A DNA stretch of 63,975 nt, counting the filler, from Basidioascus undulatus (taxonomy: Eukaryota), in assembly GCA_000826855.1 (NCBI GenBank). It is 6 parts of 6 records of this genome, joined end to end, with 100 filler letters (N's around TTAATTAATTAA, not from the genome) between each part and the next. Parts side by side here need not be neighbours in the genome. Positions count along the whole stretch, not along the records: positions 43,639 to 54,438 come from JTLS01001084.1; positions 54,539 to 63,975 come from JTLS01001255.1; 4 more parts are not named here. One strand, given 5' to 3'. The translations under genes and the position numbers were made by a program. The notes beneath the pieces are model-generated. The model had not been told where the DNA came from and ran no database searches. It was given only the letters and a program-made list of their open reading frames with translations. Positions 49,696 to 62,800 of the stretch are shown here, in pieces. Within the stretch, counting starts at the first letter, position 1; every line of letters begins with the position of its first letter.

Positions 49696-51011
49696 ATGTC
49701 CAGCGTTCACGGCGCCACCCGCGAGGCCACGCATGCTGGCGCATGGTACTCAGACGAGCGTACGCCGCCCGCTCTGATCTCTGCCCCCTAAACACACCGC
49801 TTATCTGCTTACATGTACACCCCATAGCGACCCGACTCAACGCTCTGCTGAGCAAATGGTTTAGCGAGGCAAATTCTGCGGATGTGGGGCCGACTCCGCA
49901 GGCGAAGGCCGTTATCGCGCCGTGAGTTGGTGGCTGAATAACGGCGCTGGAGGCGGCGGACCGAGTACTGAGCGTTGGGAGAGAGCAGGCATGCCGGCAT
50001 GGCCTATTCGGGTCGGACAGCAGCCCATGCGTATGCAGCTGTGGACAACACGCTCATGTGCGTCCTTTACCTGGGTATCTTCTCAAGTCGGCAACAGCTG
50101 AGGCCCTTTCCCTCAGCAACCGCATCGTCATACTTGGGCCGTCTCACCATGTCCACCTCTCGACCTGTGCCCTCTCGCCCTTCTCCGCGTACGCGACGCC
50201 ACTCGGCGCACTCCCCATCGACAAGATCCTGAACGATGAGCTACGCGCGAGCGGCAAGTTTGGCGAGATGAGCCGAATGGTGGACGAGGACGAGCACAGC
50301 TTCGAGATGCACGCGCCCTTCATTCGCAAGATCTTTGATGGGTACGTCCGTGCTGAGCTTTAGGGGGCAGGGGAGCTTCTACGGAATGCTCAAGGACGCG
50401 TGCGAGGTCGGTAGGAAGGAGGTCAAGATCGTTCCGATCATGGTGGGAAGCATCACCCAGCAGCAGGAGAAGGACTTTGGTCGCGTCCTGGCACCATATC
50501 TTGCGGACCCGCACACGCTGTTTGCGGTCTCCACCGACTTCTGCCACTGGTGAGCCCCGTACTACTCCCTTTTTAATCGAAGCGTCACTGATATGCTCGG
50601 CCGTGCAGGGGCTCCCGCTTCGGCTACACGCTCTACCGCCCGCCCGCGGGGTCTCCCAACGGGCCCGCGCAGCTGGGTCGTTCGGCGCCGGGGCACCCAG
50701 ACATCCCGCACTACCCGCTGCACCAGTCGATCTCGGACCTGGACCACGAAGCGATGGCGCTTCTGCGCGCGCCCGCGGACCCTGCGACGCACGACAAGTT
50801 CACGAGCTACCTCAAGCAGTGGCGCAACACCATCTGCGGCCGCCACGCGCTCGGCATCCTCGTCGCGGCGTTCAACGTCCTGCGCGAGGAGGGCAAGCTC
50901 GAGGGGAAGGAGCTCGGCACGGAGTGGGTCCATTATGCCCAGAGCGGCCAGGCGAAGGACTGGAAGGACAGCAGCGTCAGCTATGCGGGCGGGTGGGTCA
51001 AAGCGGTCTGA
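49696..51011 (+). CDS. MEMO1: MEMO1 family protein (yeast Mho1 homolog)
   Basis: REATHAGAWY, KAVIAPHAGMAYSG, ILGPSHH, YATPLG, DEDEHSFEMH, IVPIMVG, VSTDFCHWG, NTICGRHALG, YAQS...DSSVSYA; stop at 51009-51011. Confidence 0.95.
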
Positions 51012-51688
51012 GGGGGTGGGCGAGCGCACAAAGGAGGTGTAATTTGAATGGGAAATGCAACCTCGTCTGAAATGCGGAGCAGTGCTGGTTTTTGGCATGC
51101 TGCGCTTGTGGCAGGCATGAGAGCTGCGTTATGTCGCGGTTACCCCGCACGCAGGCCCCTGGAGGTACGGCCAGATAGAGCATCCAAGTCCGTTGATAGT
51201 GCGCTGTGGTGAAGACCGGGCCATCTGATGGGCAGCCTGAGGCGGGCCGACTGTTCCGCAGCGTGAACCGAACACGCCGAAATCCACGGGACGTTTCTGC
51301 TCGTCAACCTCCTCTATCCTCATGCGTCTTGAAGTTACTTAGGGGCATTGTCACTGAAATCCTATTCCTAGAGCGCGCTTGCAAGCAAGCAGCAAGCACC
51401 GAATACGACCCTCGCAGTGTTACTTGAGCGTTCCAAGCGTGGCAGGTTCCACTGCAAGTGCTCCATATAGAAACGAGAAAAGGCGAATATCTTCATTCCA
51501 AATAGGCACCCTTTAAAGACCGTTCTTCACGTCATCTGAGACTGCCGCCGAACACCGCCCATGCGCCTTGTTGATGTGCCGACGCGCGAAGAGACGTCAG
51601 GCAAAACAAAACCAACAAGAAGCACCCCTGACCCTCCTCTTCTCTCTACCCGCCGCCCAACACATCTCCATAAGGAATCGGAGTCACT

Positions 51689-51934
51689 ATGCTCCTACTT
51701 CATGCTGAGGTCCCCAGCCCAACCGTCTCCCTTCTCGCCTTCGCCGGCGCCATCTTGCTCATGCCGATAGATGCGCTGCGCCTGAACTCCCTCGTCTTCG
51801 AGGACATGTTCTCCCTGCCGCACTACCCCAAGGCCGTGAACGAGTCAAGCTAGCAGAGCGCAGCGGTGCTCCTGCCCCTCTTCGACCGGCGCATCAAGCG
51901 GATCAATTTGAGTCAGTATAAGGCGAGCTATTGA
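51689..51934 (+). pseudogene. BTB/POZ-domain gene relic
   Basis: ATG 51689: ...PTVSLLAFAGAILLMPIDALRLNSLVFEDMFSLP resembles the basidiomycete BTB motif L-x3-S-x-VF-x-DMF-x-LP. TAG at 51851-51853 precedes SAAVLLPLF; there is no continuation. Confidence 0.55.
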
Positions 51935-52640
51935 GTTTCGCAACGCCGCACACACTTTTCTCACTTTTTCCAATTTTGAATTGCTCTGGATCGAGAACCA
52001 TACAAGCTATTGATTTCCGCTGACTTGGTCTTTACAGCACGAAATTCGATTTTTTACTACCGGCTTTCAGAAAAAACCATGCAGCAGTTACTGAGATCTG
52101 AAGGTGGTGGGCCCTTGGATGGTTGGTTACGGTAGAGCGGCAGTCCTGTGCCAGTGAATCCGAATTGCTCCATGTTCAACAGTCTAGGAAATTTCATAAG
52201 GAACGCACCACGGACGTCTCAGACTACTAATGAAAGAAAGAAAGTGCAACTTTGAGGACGCGCTCTTGCCTGAGCCGCAGTGGAGTGAAGATGCCATAAA
52301 TGTAATGATTATTCTTCAACACGACACGTCCCCAAACCATAATTTCTTCCAAAAAAAATTTAACAGAAGAAGCTCCCTCTCGATGCGAAGAACTTGTCGG
52401 GGTCATGTTTGAAGCGAGTTTTATGTGTATACGGACAGCGATGACGAGGCGGCGCCAAGCTGCGCAGACTTATTGCGAACTCCGAGGGATCGGTGGAGGA
52501 TGCTTCGGCGTCGCATCTCTTGTCCGTTGCCCTCAACTCTTGACTCTTGGTTCTCGGTCTCCAAAAGCCTCTTTCCACCTTACTCGCTTAATCCACAACC
52601 ACCACCGTCTTGGTCCCCGATACCCGCAGCGGCCAGCAGC

Positions 52641-54438
52641 ATGGCACCTTTGAGCCGACCTCCTGACGAGGAGGGGCTGCCTTTCACCAATATCCCGCTC
52701 AAGCCGCTCCCCAACGAGAACGACCAAAACCCAGCAGACGACCCGCACAGCGTCAACCGCCACGACTTTGCGATACCCGCCGACCACTGGAACGACAGGA
52801 ACGCGACCCTCATCGACCGATCGGGGCTCCCTCCGCAGCAGCAGCAGCAGCAGCAGCAGCAAACTGAGTGGGACCAGCCCGTGCCGCCCTCCAAGCCCTT
52901 CGCACACGAGACGGACGGCGAGACGACGGGCAGCGAGACGACGGGCAGCGAGACGGACGGGGACAGCTTCAACTGGGACGAGGAGGAGGAGGAGGAGAAG
53001 GAGGACGCCCGCCGGAACGCGGCTGCGTTGATCCAGCCAGAGCAGGCCAAGCGCGGTCGGGCGATTTACCTCGCTTGCATGAAGCTCGCAAGGCCGGTCC
53101 GGTGCGCTTCTTTCTTCTCAGATCGGAAAGTAGGGGGATCTAATCTGACGAAGGGGTACTGGAACGAACCAGGACTTTCCTCTTCGCCCTGCTCGGCACC
53201 GGCATCCTCCTCACCCCCGGACTAGTCTTCCTCTTCGCTGTCGACCGAGACGGCAACAGCGGCCCGAGTAGGGCTCGAGTGCACGTCTACACATGGTCCA
53301 TTGCTTTCGCAGTCAACTGGGCGTAAGTTCAGTCCCTCCCTTCTCACACGACTTCGGGCAGGAAATGCAATGCTGAAACGCCTTCCGCAGTGCTGCTTGC
53401 ATGACCTCGATTTTGGTCGAGGCCGCGCCGGGCGCTCTGCTCCGCTTCGTCATCTTCACCTATGGACGCGCCCCTGAAGGATTCAAGGCGAAGGTCGAGG
53501 TGGGTAGTCTTTGTTGTTTGTGGCAGAAGGTGAAGATTGACACGCATCGTCCCGTCACAGCTGTACATGGCCACCACTTTCTGGACAAAGTATGTAAAGC
53601 TGACTCCTACAATCGATAATCTACAACTGACGTGAACGTTTCCGCTGCGCAGACTTGCATTGGGTACTTCGCCCAGATCGCGTCCCACTGGCGTTAGGCA
53701 TTTCTGATCTGTTTCGATGTCTGCAGATCTCACCTGGAACTGGATTGCCCTCGCTGTCACTCGCAACATTACCGATTGTCCAGGCGACTACTGGACGTAC
53801 GTCAATCGGGCTAACCAGGTTCGTCCCGCCTTGATACAGCGGCTTTGCTGTAGTACTCGCGCTGAATCGTATGCGACAGGCCCTCTTCGGATCTGGCATC
53901 GTCCTCCTCGCCGAGAAGCTCGTTCTCCGCATGATTGCCATCAACTTCCACCGCACATCGCTTGAGGTCCGCTCCTATTGTCCTTCATATTGCGGTGCTG
54001 ACGTTCGGCTGACACGAATCGCCCTTCTCCTCGCTTCATCATATCCTTCGCCGTACCGCAGGACCGGCTGATCGCGAACAAAGCCGGTCTCTGGGCGCTT
54101 GACAAGCTCTCGGCCGCAACGAAGCGAAAGTCGGTCAGCGCGGCGCGCAAGAGGGGCGCCCGCGCCACGGGCTACTTCACCGGCTCGCCCTCGCGTCCGG
54201 GCACGCCGGGCTCGCCAGCGTGCGGGCCCGGGCCGAGCCGGCCCAACACGCCGGGGCCATATCAGCCGGGGCTCGTCAAGGCCGCGTGGAAGGACCAGTC
54301 GACGTCGAACGAGGCCAAGAAGAAGAAGCTGTTTGCGAACCGCGTCGCAGAACAGATCCAGAGTGCCGTCGGGCAGGTCGCGCTCAAGGACTCCAAGTTC
54401 AATCGGCAGGGTCTACGGGACAATGATGCGCTGCTTCT
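52641..54438 (+). CDS. MscS-like mechanosensitive ion channel (Msy1/Msy2-type); 3' end truncated by the contig end
   Basis: Disordered N-terminus with DSFNWDEEE, AKRGRAIYLACMKLARPVR, several TM exons, and VLLAEKLVLRMIAINFHRTSLE|DRLIANKAGLWALDKL, matching the EKxxxQxIAxxFH...DRI motif of fungal MscS-like proteins. Confidence 0.8.
52836..52862 (+). repeat. (CAG)8CAA polyglutamine tract in the MscS-like gene
   Basis: Read directly; encodes Q9. A 15-nt repeat encoding ETTGS follows at about 52920-52955. Confidence 0.9.
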
Positions 54439-54538
54439 NNNNNNNNNNNNNNNNNNNNNNNNNNNNNNNNNNNNNNNNNNNNTTAATTAATTAANNNNNN
54501 NNNNNNNNNNNNNNNNNNNNNNNNNNNNNNNNNNNNNN
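54439..54538. other. Artificial contig linker
   Basis: N44-TTAATTAATTAA-N44. Confidence 0.99.
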
Positions 54539-54651
54539 AGGGGGAGGGTACTGTGCGTTTGCATTTCCTTCTCACTCCCCACGCTTTCCCTCCCATATAT
54601 CGTTTAACACCCTGCCCGAGATACTGATCCCCACTCCCGCACACTAACCAG

Positions 54652-55167
54652 CTACCGCCTCCTCTTTCCCCTTCTCTACCTCCTCTCCAAAACGCCCTCG
54701 CAAGGCGCCGAGGCAATCCACCACGCGCTTCTTGGCCCGCCCGCCTCGCGCTCCGTCTCCTTCAACGGCTCCTCTACGTCGGCCGCCGAAGGAACAGACA
54801 GAGCGCAAGTGGCGGAGGAGGCGGTGCACCCGGGAGGGTTTTATAGAGACTGTCGGGCGGTGCCGTGCGTTCCTGTTCCTCTTCACTCTTCCCCCTCCCT
54901 TCTTCCCTCTTTCTCTATGCCTTCGATCCCTCTTTTCTCCTTCCCTCTTCCTTCTCTCCCTCTTCCTTTTTCTCGCTCCTTGTACTAACGCTGGGTGTTC
55001 GGGCGTGGCCCAGACTGAGCGCCGATCTCCGCACCCTCCTCGATGACGAAGAAGCGGCCAAGCGCGTGTGGGACGACCGCGAGCGCGCGCTGAAGGAGGC
55101 GATGGAGACGCTGAAGGCGGAGACCGCCGGGGAGGGAAAGGAGGAGGAGGGGAGGAAGGAACGCTAG
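54652..55167 (+). CDS. 3' exons of an unidentified gene with a C-terminal coiled coil; truncated by the contig start
   Basis: Exon ...RRPPKEQTERKWRRRRCTREGFIETVGR, then a pyrimidine-rich intron with a CTAAC branch site, then last exon LSADLRTLLDDEEAAKRVWDDRERALKEAMETLKAE...* ending at 55167. Confidence 0.55.
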
Positions 55168-57117
55168 AGCTGGGAGTGTGGAAGGAAGGAGGGGGTGGGT
55201 GGATGGGAGATGGACTGATTGGAGTCGGCTGGATTTTAGGAGGGTGTGCGAGCTGCGTAAGGGCGGCGGGGCGGTGGGGTTTTCTTGTGACTGAGTGTAC
55301 GCAGGGGAAGCGAATGGGAAAGGAAGAGAGCGTGAGAGCGTCCAAATCACACGATAATTTTTTTTGCGTACGCACGAGCGCTTTCGAGAATGCCACCTGC
55401 GCACCGCATCCGCCTCGCTGACCAGCCAAATGCAGCCACTTTCGAACTCTCGGGTGATCTCAATGCCGAGCGGCGTATGAACCAGGAGGGCGCGGTGGAG
55501 ACCTCGCGTCTTCTTTCGGACCTCGAATTTGAACGCAGCCGGGTGCGTTCTTCTCGGGGCGTTCGCCGCTGCACTGACCAAGGCTCCAGAGTTCCAACCC
55601 TCCCGTAATGTACAGTCCCCGACATTGAGGCACGCATACAGTGCATGTAGTGCTGCGGAAAAACTGGCTGAAGGTTTCTGATGGGGACAGCGAAGGTTCC
55701 TCATTCTCCGCGACTCTCTCCTGCCTGCCGTTCTCAGCCTTGCACTCCTACCCTGGCTACAACTGTTACAGCTACATTATTCCAAAACTGTGCTCAATGC
55801 GCACGGCCTGGAGTGTCGTTAGCGGGTATCGCGAGCGCGGTTGACAGTCTGCGCTGTGAAACACAGGCGTTCCCGACTCGGAGTGCTTTGCGCCACGGTG
55901 TGCTTTGAAAGAGCTACCTGTCTGGATAGACCTAGCTTAAATACGAAAGCATTATAGCATCTGGTCATCCGTGTATGAGCTTCGACGCGATATACAGTCA
56001 GATTGCGTGCATTCTTCTGTCAACCCATCATGTCACGTCATCGTTGCAGCTGGGACGGCAACAGCAATCGGACAGTTCCGGTTGATTGACACAATTATAC
56101 TAACCCTTTCCATTCCGAGTCTGTTAGAACTGCAAGGAGGGTAAGGCTCGACAAAAGCAGGCTGCCTGCACGATCGCCGACAGCACGTCCATCCTGTGTA
56201 TGGCCCAGCAGCTCGTTATTACGCATATCGGGCGATTGGCTACCACAGCAAAGTGAGTTGGATCTCAAAGCGAGCTCAACCACCCCCTCCCCCCCCCGCG
56301 GCCTGGCTATTGATCAGCACGGGCCATGAGAGCAACTGTCTCTGCTGTTTGAGATACAGGCTGCCTCGCCGAGGTCGAGTGTTTTGCTTCTTGGAGCGTT
56401 TGAAAAGGGATTTTTAAAGATTTCTAGTTGATGTTCATGTCGGGTACTTGTCGGTTGAGTTTCCCAAGAGTCCGCCTGACGATGTCTATCGTTCATGATT
56501 TGCCAATGGGGGATGCGCGAAGTACAACATCAGCGACGGTAGAGAGAAGGGACAGGGCGCGCGGCGACTGAAGAGGCTGATAAGATAGCTTCATGAGGAC
56601 TGGCTCAACTCGAGAAAGGTAACTAAGGGCTCCAGGACCGTCAAAGGGACCTTGCTGGCGCCTGAACTTCCGGAGGTGCACGCAGGTTCCGTCGGGTTGT
56701 GCATCACCGGTGATGCATTAGTAGCCGGTGGGTTCTTCTTGGAATATAAAGCTTGAAGGGTAGCCAGAGAGCATCCAGCGTTCTCAGGAGATGACATACC
56801 ACCCACCCAGTCAGAGTGCCGGTCGAAGATCTCGGCAGTAACCGCTTGCCACCAAGACGGCTGTGCACGCCTTGCGCGCGCACACCGAGGCAGGAAGAGC
56901 TGGTATAGCTGGTCTAGCGCTAGATATCGAAGAAAATGGATTTCCTGATTATTCGTTGTGTTCTTGAGCGGGTAGTGCGTGTAGACTGTGTGCCGAGACG
57001 TGGCTGGCCATTCCTCGATCCGCCTGTTGTCGTTTGCCCCACCCGCAACCACCTCTCTGGCCCACACTCACTCGATTCATCCCCCGCACTCCCTCGAGCT
57101 TCTCCCACTCAGCGTCC

Positions 57118-57888
57118 ATCGAGAATCTAACAGAACGATCCCTTCCTACGCTGCCTTTCGAGATCCACGGCCTTATCATCTTCAAGGCGGCTTCTCGCCC
57201 CCATTCGCTCGCATATGCCGGCGACTGTCAAACCGCCACGCTCGCTTCTCTTGTCTCATCTCACGAGCCTTCAAGGGCACCGCTTTACCGCTAATCCACC
57301 AGGATATTACGATCACTCCGAAGGCGAAAGCGTTGGAGCTTGCGATGCATGTTCAAGCGTACCCGGAGCGCTTTGCCTCGCCTCTCCCACTGCGGCTTCC
57401 CGCTATGCTCGCGTGGGCGTATGAACCTCTGCCCGCGGAGATCCGGACAGTGCTGGATTGGATGTCTGCTCTAGAGCGGCTGGCGTTCGACTCCGTCTGA
57501 TCCTTGGACTGTTCTTCAATCCCCGACGTCGACACCCACGCTCGGTTGAAGGAGCTCGCATGCCTGATAGAGTTCCGATGGCACCGATGGCACGACTCCC
57601 AAGGCCAAGATACTCTTTAGGTGCTTGATCAGGTCGAGCGCCTCGCACTTTCGCACCTGGTACTCTCCCTGGCCCAACCATATGTCTTCAGGCCTATACA
57701 ACCGAGGAGGAAAGAGATGCGCTTCCTTCGCAGCTCGACACTCTGCTGCCTCGTCCTCGCTCCTCAGCTGGCCGTGTTCCGATAGGGCTGGGGAACATCA
57801 AAGCCTGTCAGACGATTTGCGGACCGGCTTGCCGACGGAACCATCTGGGAAGTGGAGAAGTAGGGAAGAAGCGTCCGCTCCTGGTTGA
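57118..57888 (+). pseudogene. F-box-like gene relic
   Basis: SLPTLPFEIHGLII in one frame and CLISRAFKGTALPLIHQDITI in another (frameshift near 57245). No ATG in place; stops downstream. Confidence 0.6.
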
Positions 57889-59033
57889 ATGAGTCGTCAG
57901 CTGTGGCATCGGATTTGTTTCTGCATCGGCACGAATTGCTTCTACTTCTTCGATATACAGCCTGGTGCCTTTTTTAACGTGCGATGGGTTCAGTTACTGT
58001 ATGCTTGCGTGCGAGGGATCGCATCAGATCGTGCTGAGCACAGATGCAATAATGCTTTCGAAGAGAAAGCTGGAGCGCTGGAGCTCGAGTCGGAAGTTCA
58101 GCTGCTAGGCACCGAGCTGAATGTAAAACCCTCACGCAACCGCAGAGTACCAGTGCTATCGTTGTACAATAACGCATTACCGAACATAGCTCGGAGCCGA
58201 TTTATTGAGCCCATTCCAACGTTCGCGCTCGCCCAGGCCGTCAGGCGAGTCACTGTACTTGGGCTCACCGTCTCGGCTAACACCGTCAATTGCAAGCTCA
58301 CCCGGCAAAGAAATAGAGAACTGATTACACCCGAGCTCGACCGCTTTTTTGCATTTTTACCAATCACTTAATGCCCCGTGCAATCGGTACACATTTTCGC
58401 GGAGTCCTGCTGAGTTACGGAACTCGGCCGGACCCAGCGCGGACGCGGGAGTCGCGGCGACACGCTCGCTTGCGTGCGGCTCTTTGCCACCTCCATCATC
58501 GTCCTGCAGATCTTCGCTTGCTCTCTCATTGCAGAGGCCTGTTAATCGCTCGCAGCTTCGCAGCATAAAGTACTGATGTACAAAGCAGTTTGCTTCGTCC
58601 TATCGCAGTGACCAATTGACCAAGATCTAACCATGCTTCGAGCTGTCGTGTCGCGTTAACGTCGTCGGTTGCGCAAGCGGCCTGTCTCACCAGGGCCGCA
58701 GGGCCAGGGCTGCTTTTATAGCAGCGCCCCCGCATCGTGCCGATCTGATTGTCTCATCACATGTACCTCACATGGACGCAACTAGACTAACACCCCCGCA
58801 TTGTTCTCAAAATTCCTGCCGTAACTGAATATTCGGTGATCCTGGCCTCCTCGGGCCTTTCGAACCGATCTCGAACCGTCTTCCAGGTCCTCCGCAGTTT
58901 CACTCGAATATTGCCTTCGCCTGGAGACCATATCGCCCCTTTCGCACCGGCGGCTTCCTTTTGATTCTCACCACCCTCTTGTCCTCACGCGTCTCCCTAT
59001 ACCCACGACTCACGATCTCACGAGCTCACGACC

Positions 59034-61530
59034 ATGAGTCCATCGGGCCAGCCCATCGCTCTCAAGTCCCCCAGCAACAGCTTCGTTGCCGAAAAGGAGA
59101 CCAAAACGCTCGCCGAGCCTCCTGCTTACGACGCGGAGGTTCAGGTACAGACGCATGATGCGGAGGAGGACGTGTTCGGCAATGCGGTGGGAGAGGGCGG
59201 GGTGGAGTACAAGACGATGAATTGGTGCGTGGGCGGGGGCCGGGCTGAATGGGTTGAGCGCACAGGAAGACTGAGCAAAGGGATGCAATTGTAGGATGCA
59301 AGCCGGTGAGTGACCTACAGCGATGCTGGTGGCTGTTGGGTATCTGACGCCTCGTCTCCGTCTTCAAGCTGTCCTCCTCATCAAGTCGCAGGTTGGGCTT
59401 GGCGTCCTGTCGCTACCTTCCGCGATGCACACCCTGGGAGCTGTCCCCGCCACCATCATCATTTTGGTGCTCGGCTTGATGAGCGCGTGTGAGCCCTGTA
59501 CCTCCTGCCGCTCCTGCTCTGGGCGGCCAGCTAACTGGGACGCGTTACAGATGGTGTTTATGAGCTCGGCCAGGTACCCTCCCTTTTGCTTTTAGGAGCG
59601 AAGAATGCGCAGGCCGATCTTTCCCTCCCCTTTCCTCAGTTCCGTCGCAATCATCCCAGCGTGCACAGCGTTGGCGACGTCGGGTACATCCTGGCGGGTC
59701 GTCCCGGGAGGGAGTTTCTGGGATGGGCGTACTGGCTCCTGCAGACCTTTACGGCTGGTAAGCGCATCTATTCCTGCGAGGGGCTAAGTTGTGGAGAGCT
59801 GAACTCTCTGGGAGGGTCAAAGCCTCGGCTTTCCTCAGTGTTTCGATCTCGCTGAACGCGGTGTCGAGCCACGGCAGTTGCACCATCGTGTGAGTATCCC
59901 TGAAGGATACGAACGCTGGAACATTTCCGCTGACTTGTGTTGCAGCTTTACCGTCGTTGCGGCGATTGCTGCGTCTTTGGTTGCCACGATGCGGACCTTC
60001 CGCTCCATCTCTTGGTTCGGTGCGTCTTACTACATACTCGAGCGATCCAGCGGACACTCACTCTACCTTGGCCATTGACAGGCTGGGTCGGCCTCGTCTC
60101 CATCGTTACCGCCACTCTCATCGTTACGATTGCCGTCGGCGTCTCGGACCGACCGCCTACCGCGCCTGCGGGTCCGTTCGACAAGGAACTGCGCGCGTTC
60201 AACAACCCCAGTTTCGCCGAGGTAAACCTTCCCCCATTTCAGAAAGATGATCTACCGGATAAAAACAGATGAGCGGGTCGAGACAGGCGTTCCTCGCAAT
60301 CGTGAACATTCTTTTCGCTTATGCTGGTACTGTGAGTTGTGTGTCGTTCCCTTATTGTCGGGTCCATCGCTAACGTGCTCTTACTTTCAGCCTGTATGTT
60401 GAAATATGCTTATTTACGGTTAGTATTGATCTAACGTCCGTGAGATTACAGAGTTTCCTCGGTGTCATCGCGGAGATGCGCAACCCGCAGGACTTTAACA
60501 AGTCTGTCGGCGTTCTCGCCTCTTTCGAAATGTCATTCTACCTTTCCATCGGTATTGTCGTCTACTAGTACGTTTGTTTCTTCTTTCTTTTTAACCTTCG
60601 CACACTGACGCGCATCTGCAGCTACTGCGGTCAATATGTCGCTTCGCCTGCACTCGGCTCTGCGGGTCCTCTCCTTAAGAAGGTGAGCCTGCTCGAATGC
60701 ACCTCAAAGCTGCCGCCGCTGATTATATTATACTTGGCAGGTGTCCTATGGTATCGCTATTCCGGCGCTACTCTTCAGCGCCATCATCTTCACCCACGTA
60801 AGTGCAGCAGCTCGGCATCGCTACAGCCGTCGCTCACCGCTGCCCACAGTACTCCGCCAAGTACCTCTTCGTCCGCGTGCTTCGTGGCTCCCGGCATCTG
60901 CAGTCCGAGACTTTCGTTCACTGGAGCGTGTGGTTGTGCGTTGATCTCTCTTTCGTCTCTGTCACGGAAGCCGTGAAGCCTAACGTTGCAGGATGGCATC
61001 GACAGGACCTGTGTCTTTGGTTGCGGCGCCTTCAGCTTCATTATTGCTGAAGTCATCCCCTTCTTCAATTCCTTGCTTGTGCAAAACATAATCCTAAAAT
61101 TTACTGCGCGAATTATACTGATGCTGGACCTACACAACAGGGCCTTGTGGGCGCACTGTTCGCTTCGATCTTTTCGATTGGCCTTCTGGGTCAGTGTCGC
61201 TTTCTCTCGGTTGGCGGTAGTAGGCATGAACCCAGCTAAAATTTTGTTTTTCGTCAGGCGTTATGTGGCTCTTCGACAACTATCACCGGCTCCATCTGCG
61301 CTGCTCCATCAAATTGATGCTGATGGCCATTCTGAACGTCTTGATGGTCGCGTTCGGTCTTGTCCTCCTGGGCGCTGGCACGTATGCCTCAGCCATCAGG
61401 TACGGTTTCACTCTCACGGCTGTTCGCGCAACTCCCAGTCATACTTACCGCTCACTTGTGCAGCATTCGCGACGAATTCAACAAGGGCACGGTTGGGTCG
61501 CCCTTCAGCTGTGCCGACAATTCCAAGTGA
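59034..61530 (+). CDS. Amino acid/auxin permease (AAAP, Aa_trans) family transporter, Neurospora Mtr-like (multi-exon)
   Basis: DVFG...VEYKTMNW, LLIKSQVGLGVLSLPSAMHTLG, FRRNHPSVHSVGDVG, SLNAVSSHGSCT, FAYAGTPSFLGVIAEMRNPQDF, YCGQYVASPALGSAG, IAEVIPFFNSL, PFSCADNSK* (TGA 61528-61530). Confidence 0.93.
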
Positions 61531-62800
61531 TTTCACATGCATTCTTTCTTGCTCTACTTTACGTGCCCGTTTGGGTGTAGTTGGCTGCGAAAATTTAGTG
61601 GGCATCTACGTTATTCCAGCTGCTGTTCATAGTCTGTCCAGTCTGCCCTTCGGCTTCATCGAATCAACTCCCTCTACGCCCTCAACTGACCTCACGCACT
61701 CGGCCTTCACGACCTCTAACCCGATCAGCAAATGTAGATACCTCAGATTGTGTTTGATTCCATAAGGTCTTATACGTGGCGTCGACTTTCCCAGCAGCCA
61801 GCAGTACGACCTTCTGTCATCCCGTATGTTGGTACACCTGAATCGGCGACTGCGAAACATCACAATTGCAATTATTTAACTGAGTCCTCCTCTCCACACT
61901 GTTTTATTGAACTGACTTGAAGTCGGCGGTTGTGAATGAGCAGCGTATAGCGGAGCTGCTCAGTTGAGGTATACCAGGTGCCTCACTTTGCTGGAGGCCC
62001 TAAGATGGGCGCGACGGTATAGAGCTATATAAACAAGTGTGTGTGGCAAACAAGACACTATGCTCAATGACTTGTACAAGCTCTTGGCGCTGCAGTACGG
62101 CAGAGTACCCTCGCTTGCCTTCCGAATCTGGGTACGTCCGACGCAGAGTGTGATATTCTATCTTCTGAAAGTCACTTTTTGTCCGCACTTTGTTTACTTG
62201 CTCTCGCCTTTGCTCAAAAGCTAGGTGCTGCCGGATGCAGGCCCTCTTTCCCGGCTTACTCGAACCTATGTTTCCCGAACGGATTCGACCCAGTGCATTA
62301 AAATGTTCCACTTTAAAGCTCTGTCGTACCTCTGCAGAACTTGGTCTCGCTCCCCTTCGTATCTTATCTACAGCAAGACTTTGCCTCGCCTGCACCACAC
62401 TGTTCATGCTTCCGTGGATCACAGCATGCGCCTGAGGTTCTTATCGGTAGTTATCTGAGGTCCTTACCCATAGTTTTGCTCATGATCGTGAGACGAGGTC
62501 TTGTACAGGCAAGTTTCCAGCTCGGCGAAGCGTCCGCGTGTCCCAAGTCTCCACAATGCCGCCATCGAACGTCACCCCGGGGTTCACTTCGGAGACCGTA
62601 CTCAATGGAGGTGAACTAGCCTACCAGAAACTCATGTACTGCAAAGTGATCAATCCCGGTGTAGCCCTCTGCTCCATGTGCACTTGCAACACCGCAGGAG
62701 AGTCCCCGCTTTTCTTGCTCACGCGTCCACGATTCCACGGTATTTTTCCACAATCCGCACATGGCCTCTTTCCTCTTTTTGGGATGAGGAGGGCATGGTT

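Noticed and set aside
10837..54538. Five identical TTAATTAATTAA elements spaced about 10.9 kb apart
   Set aside because: They are synthetic six-frame-stop linkers flanked by Ns. The spacing reflects similar-sized contigs, and ORFs ending in XXX-LIN are artefacts.
57889..58371. 160-aa ATG-initiated ORF
   Set aside because: Codon usage is unlike the real genes here and there is no recognisable motif; likely a chance ORF upstream of the permease.
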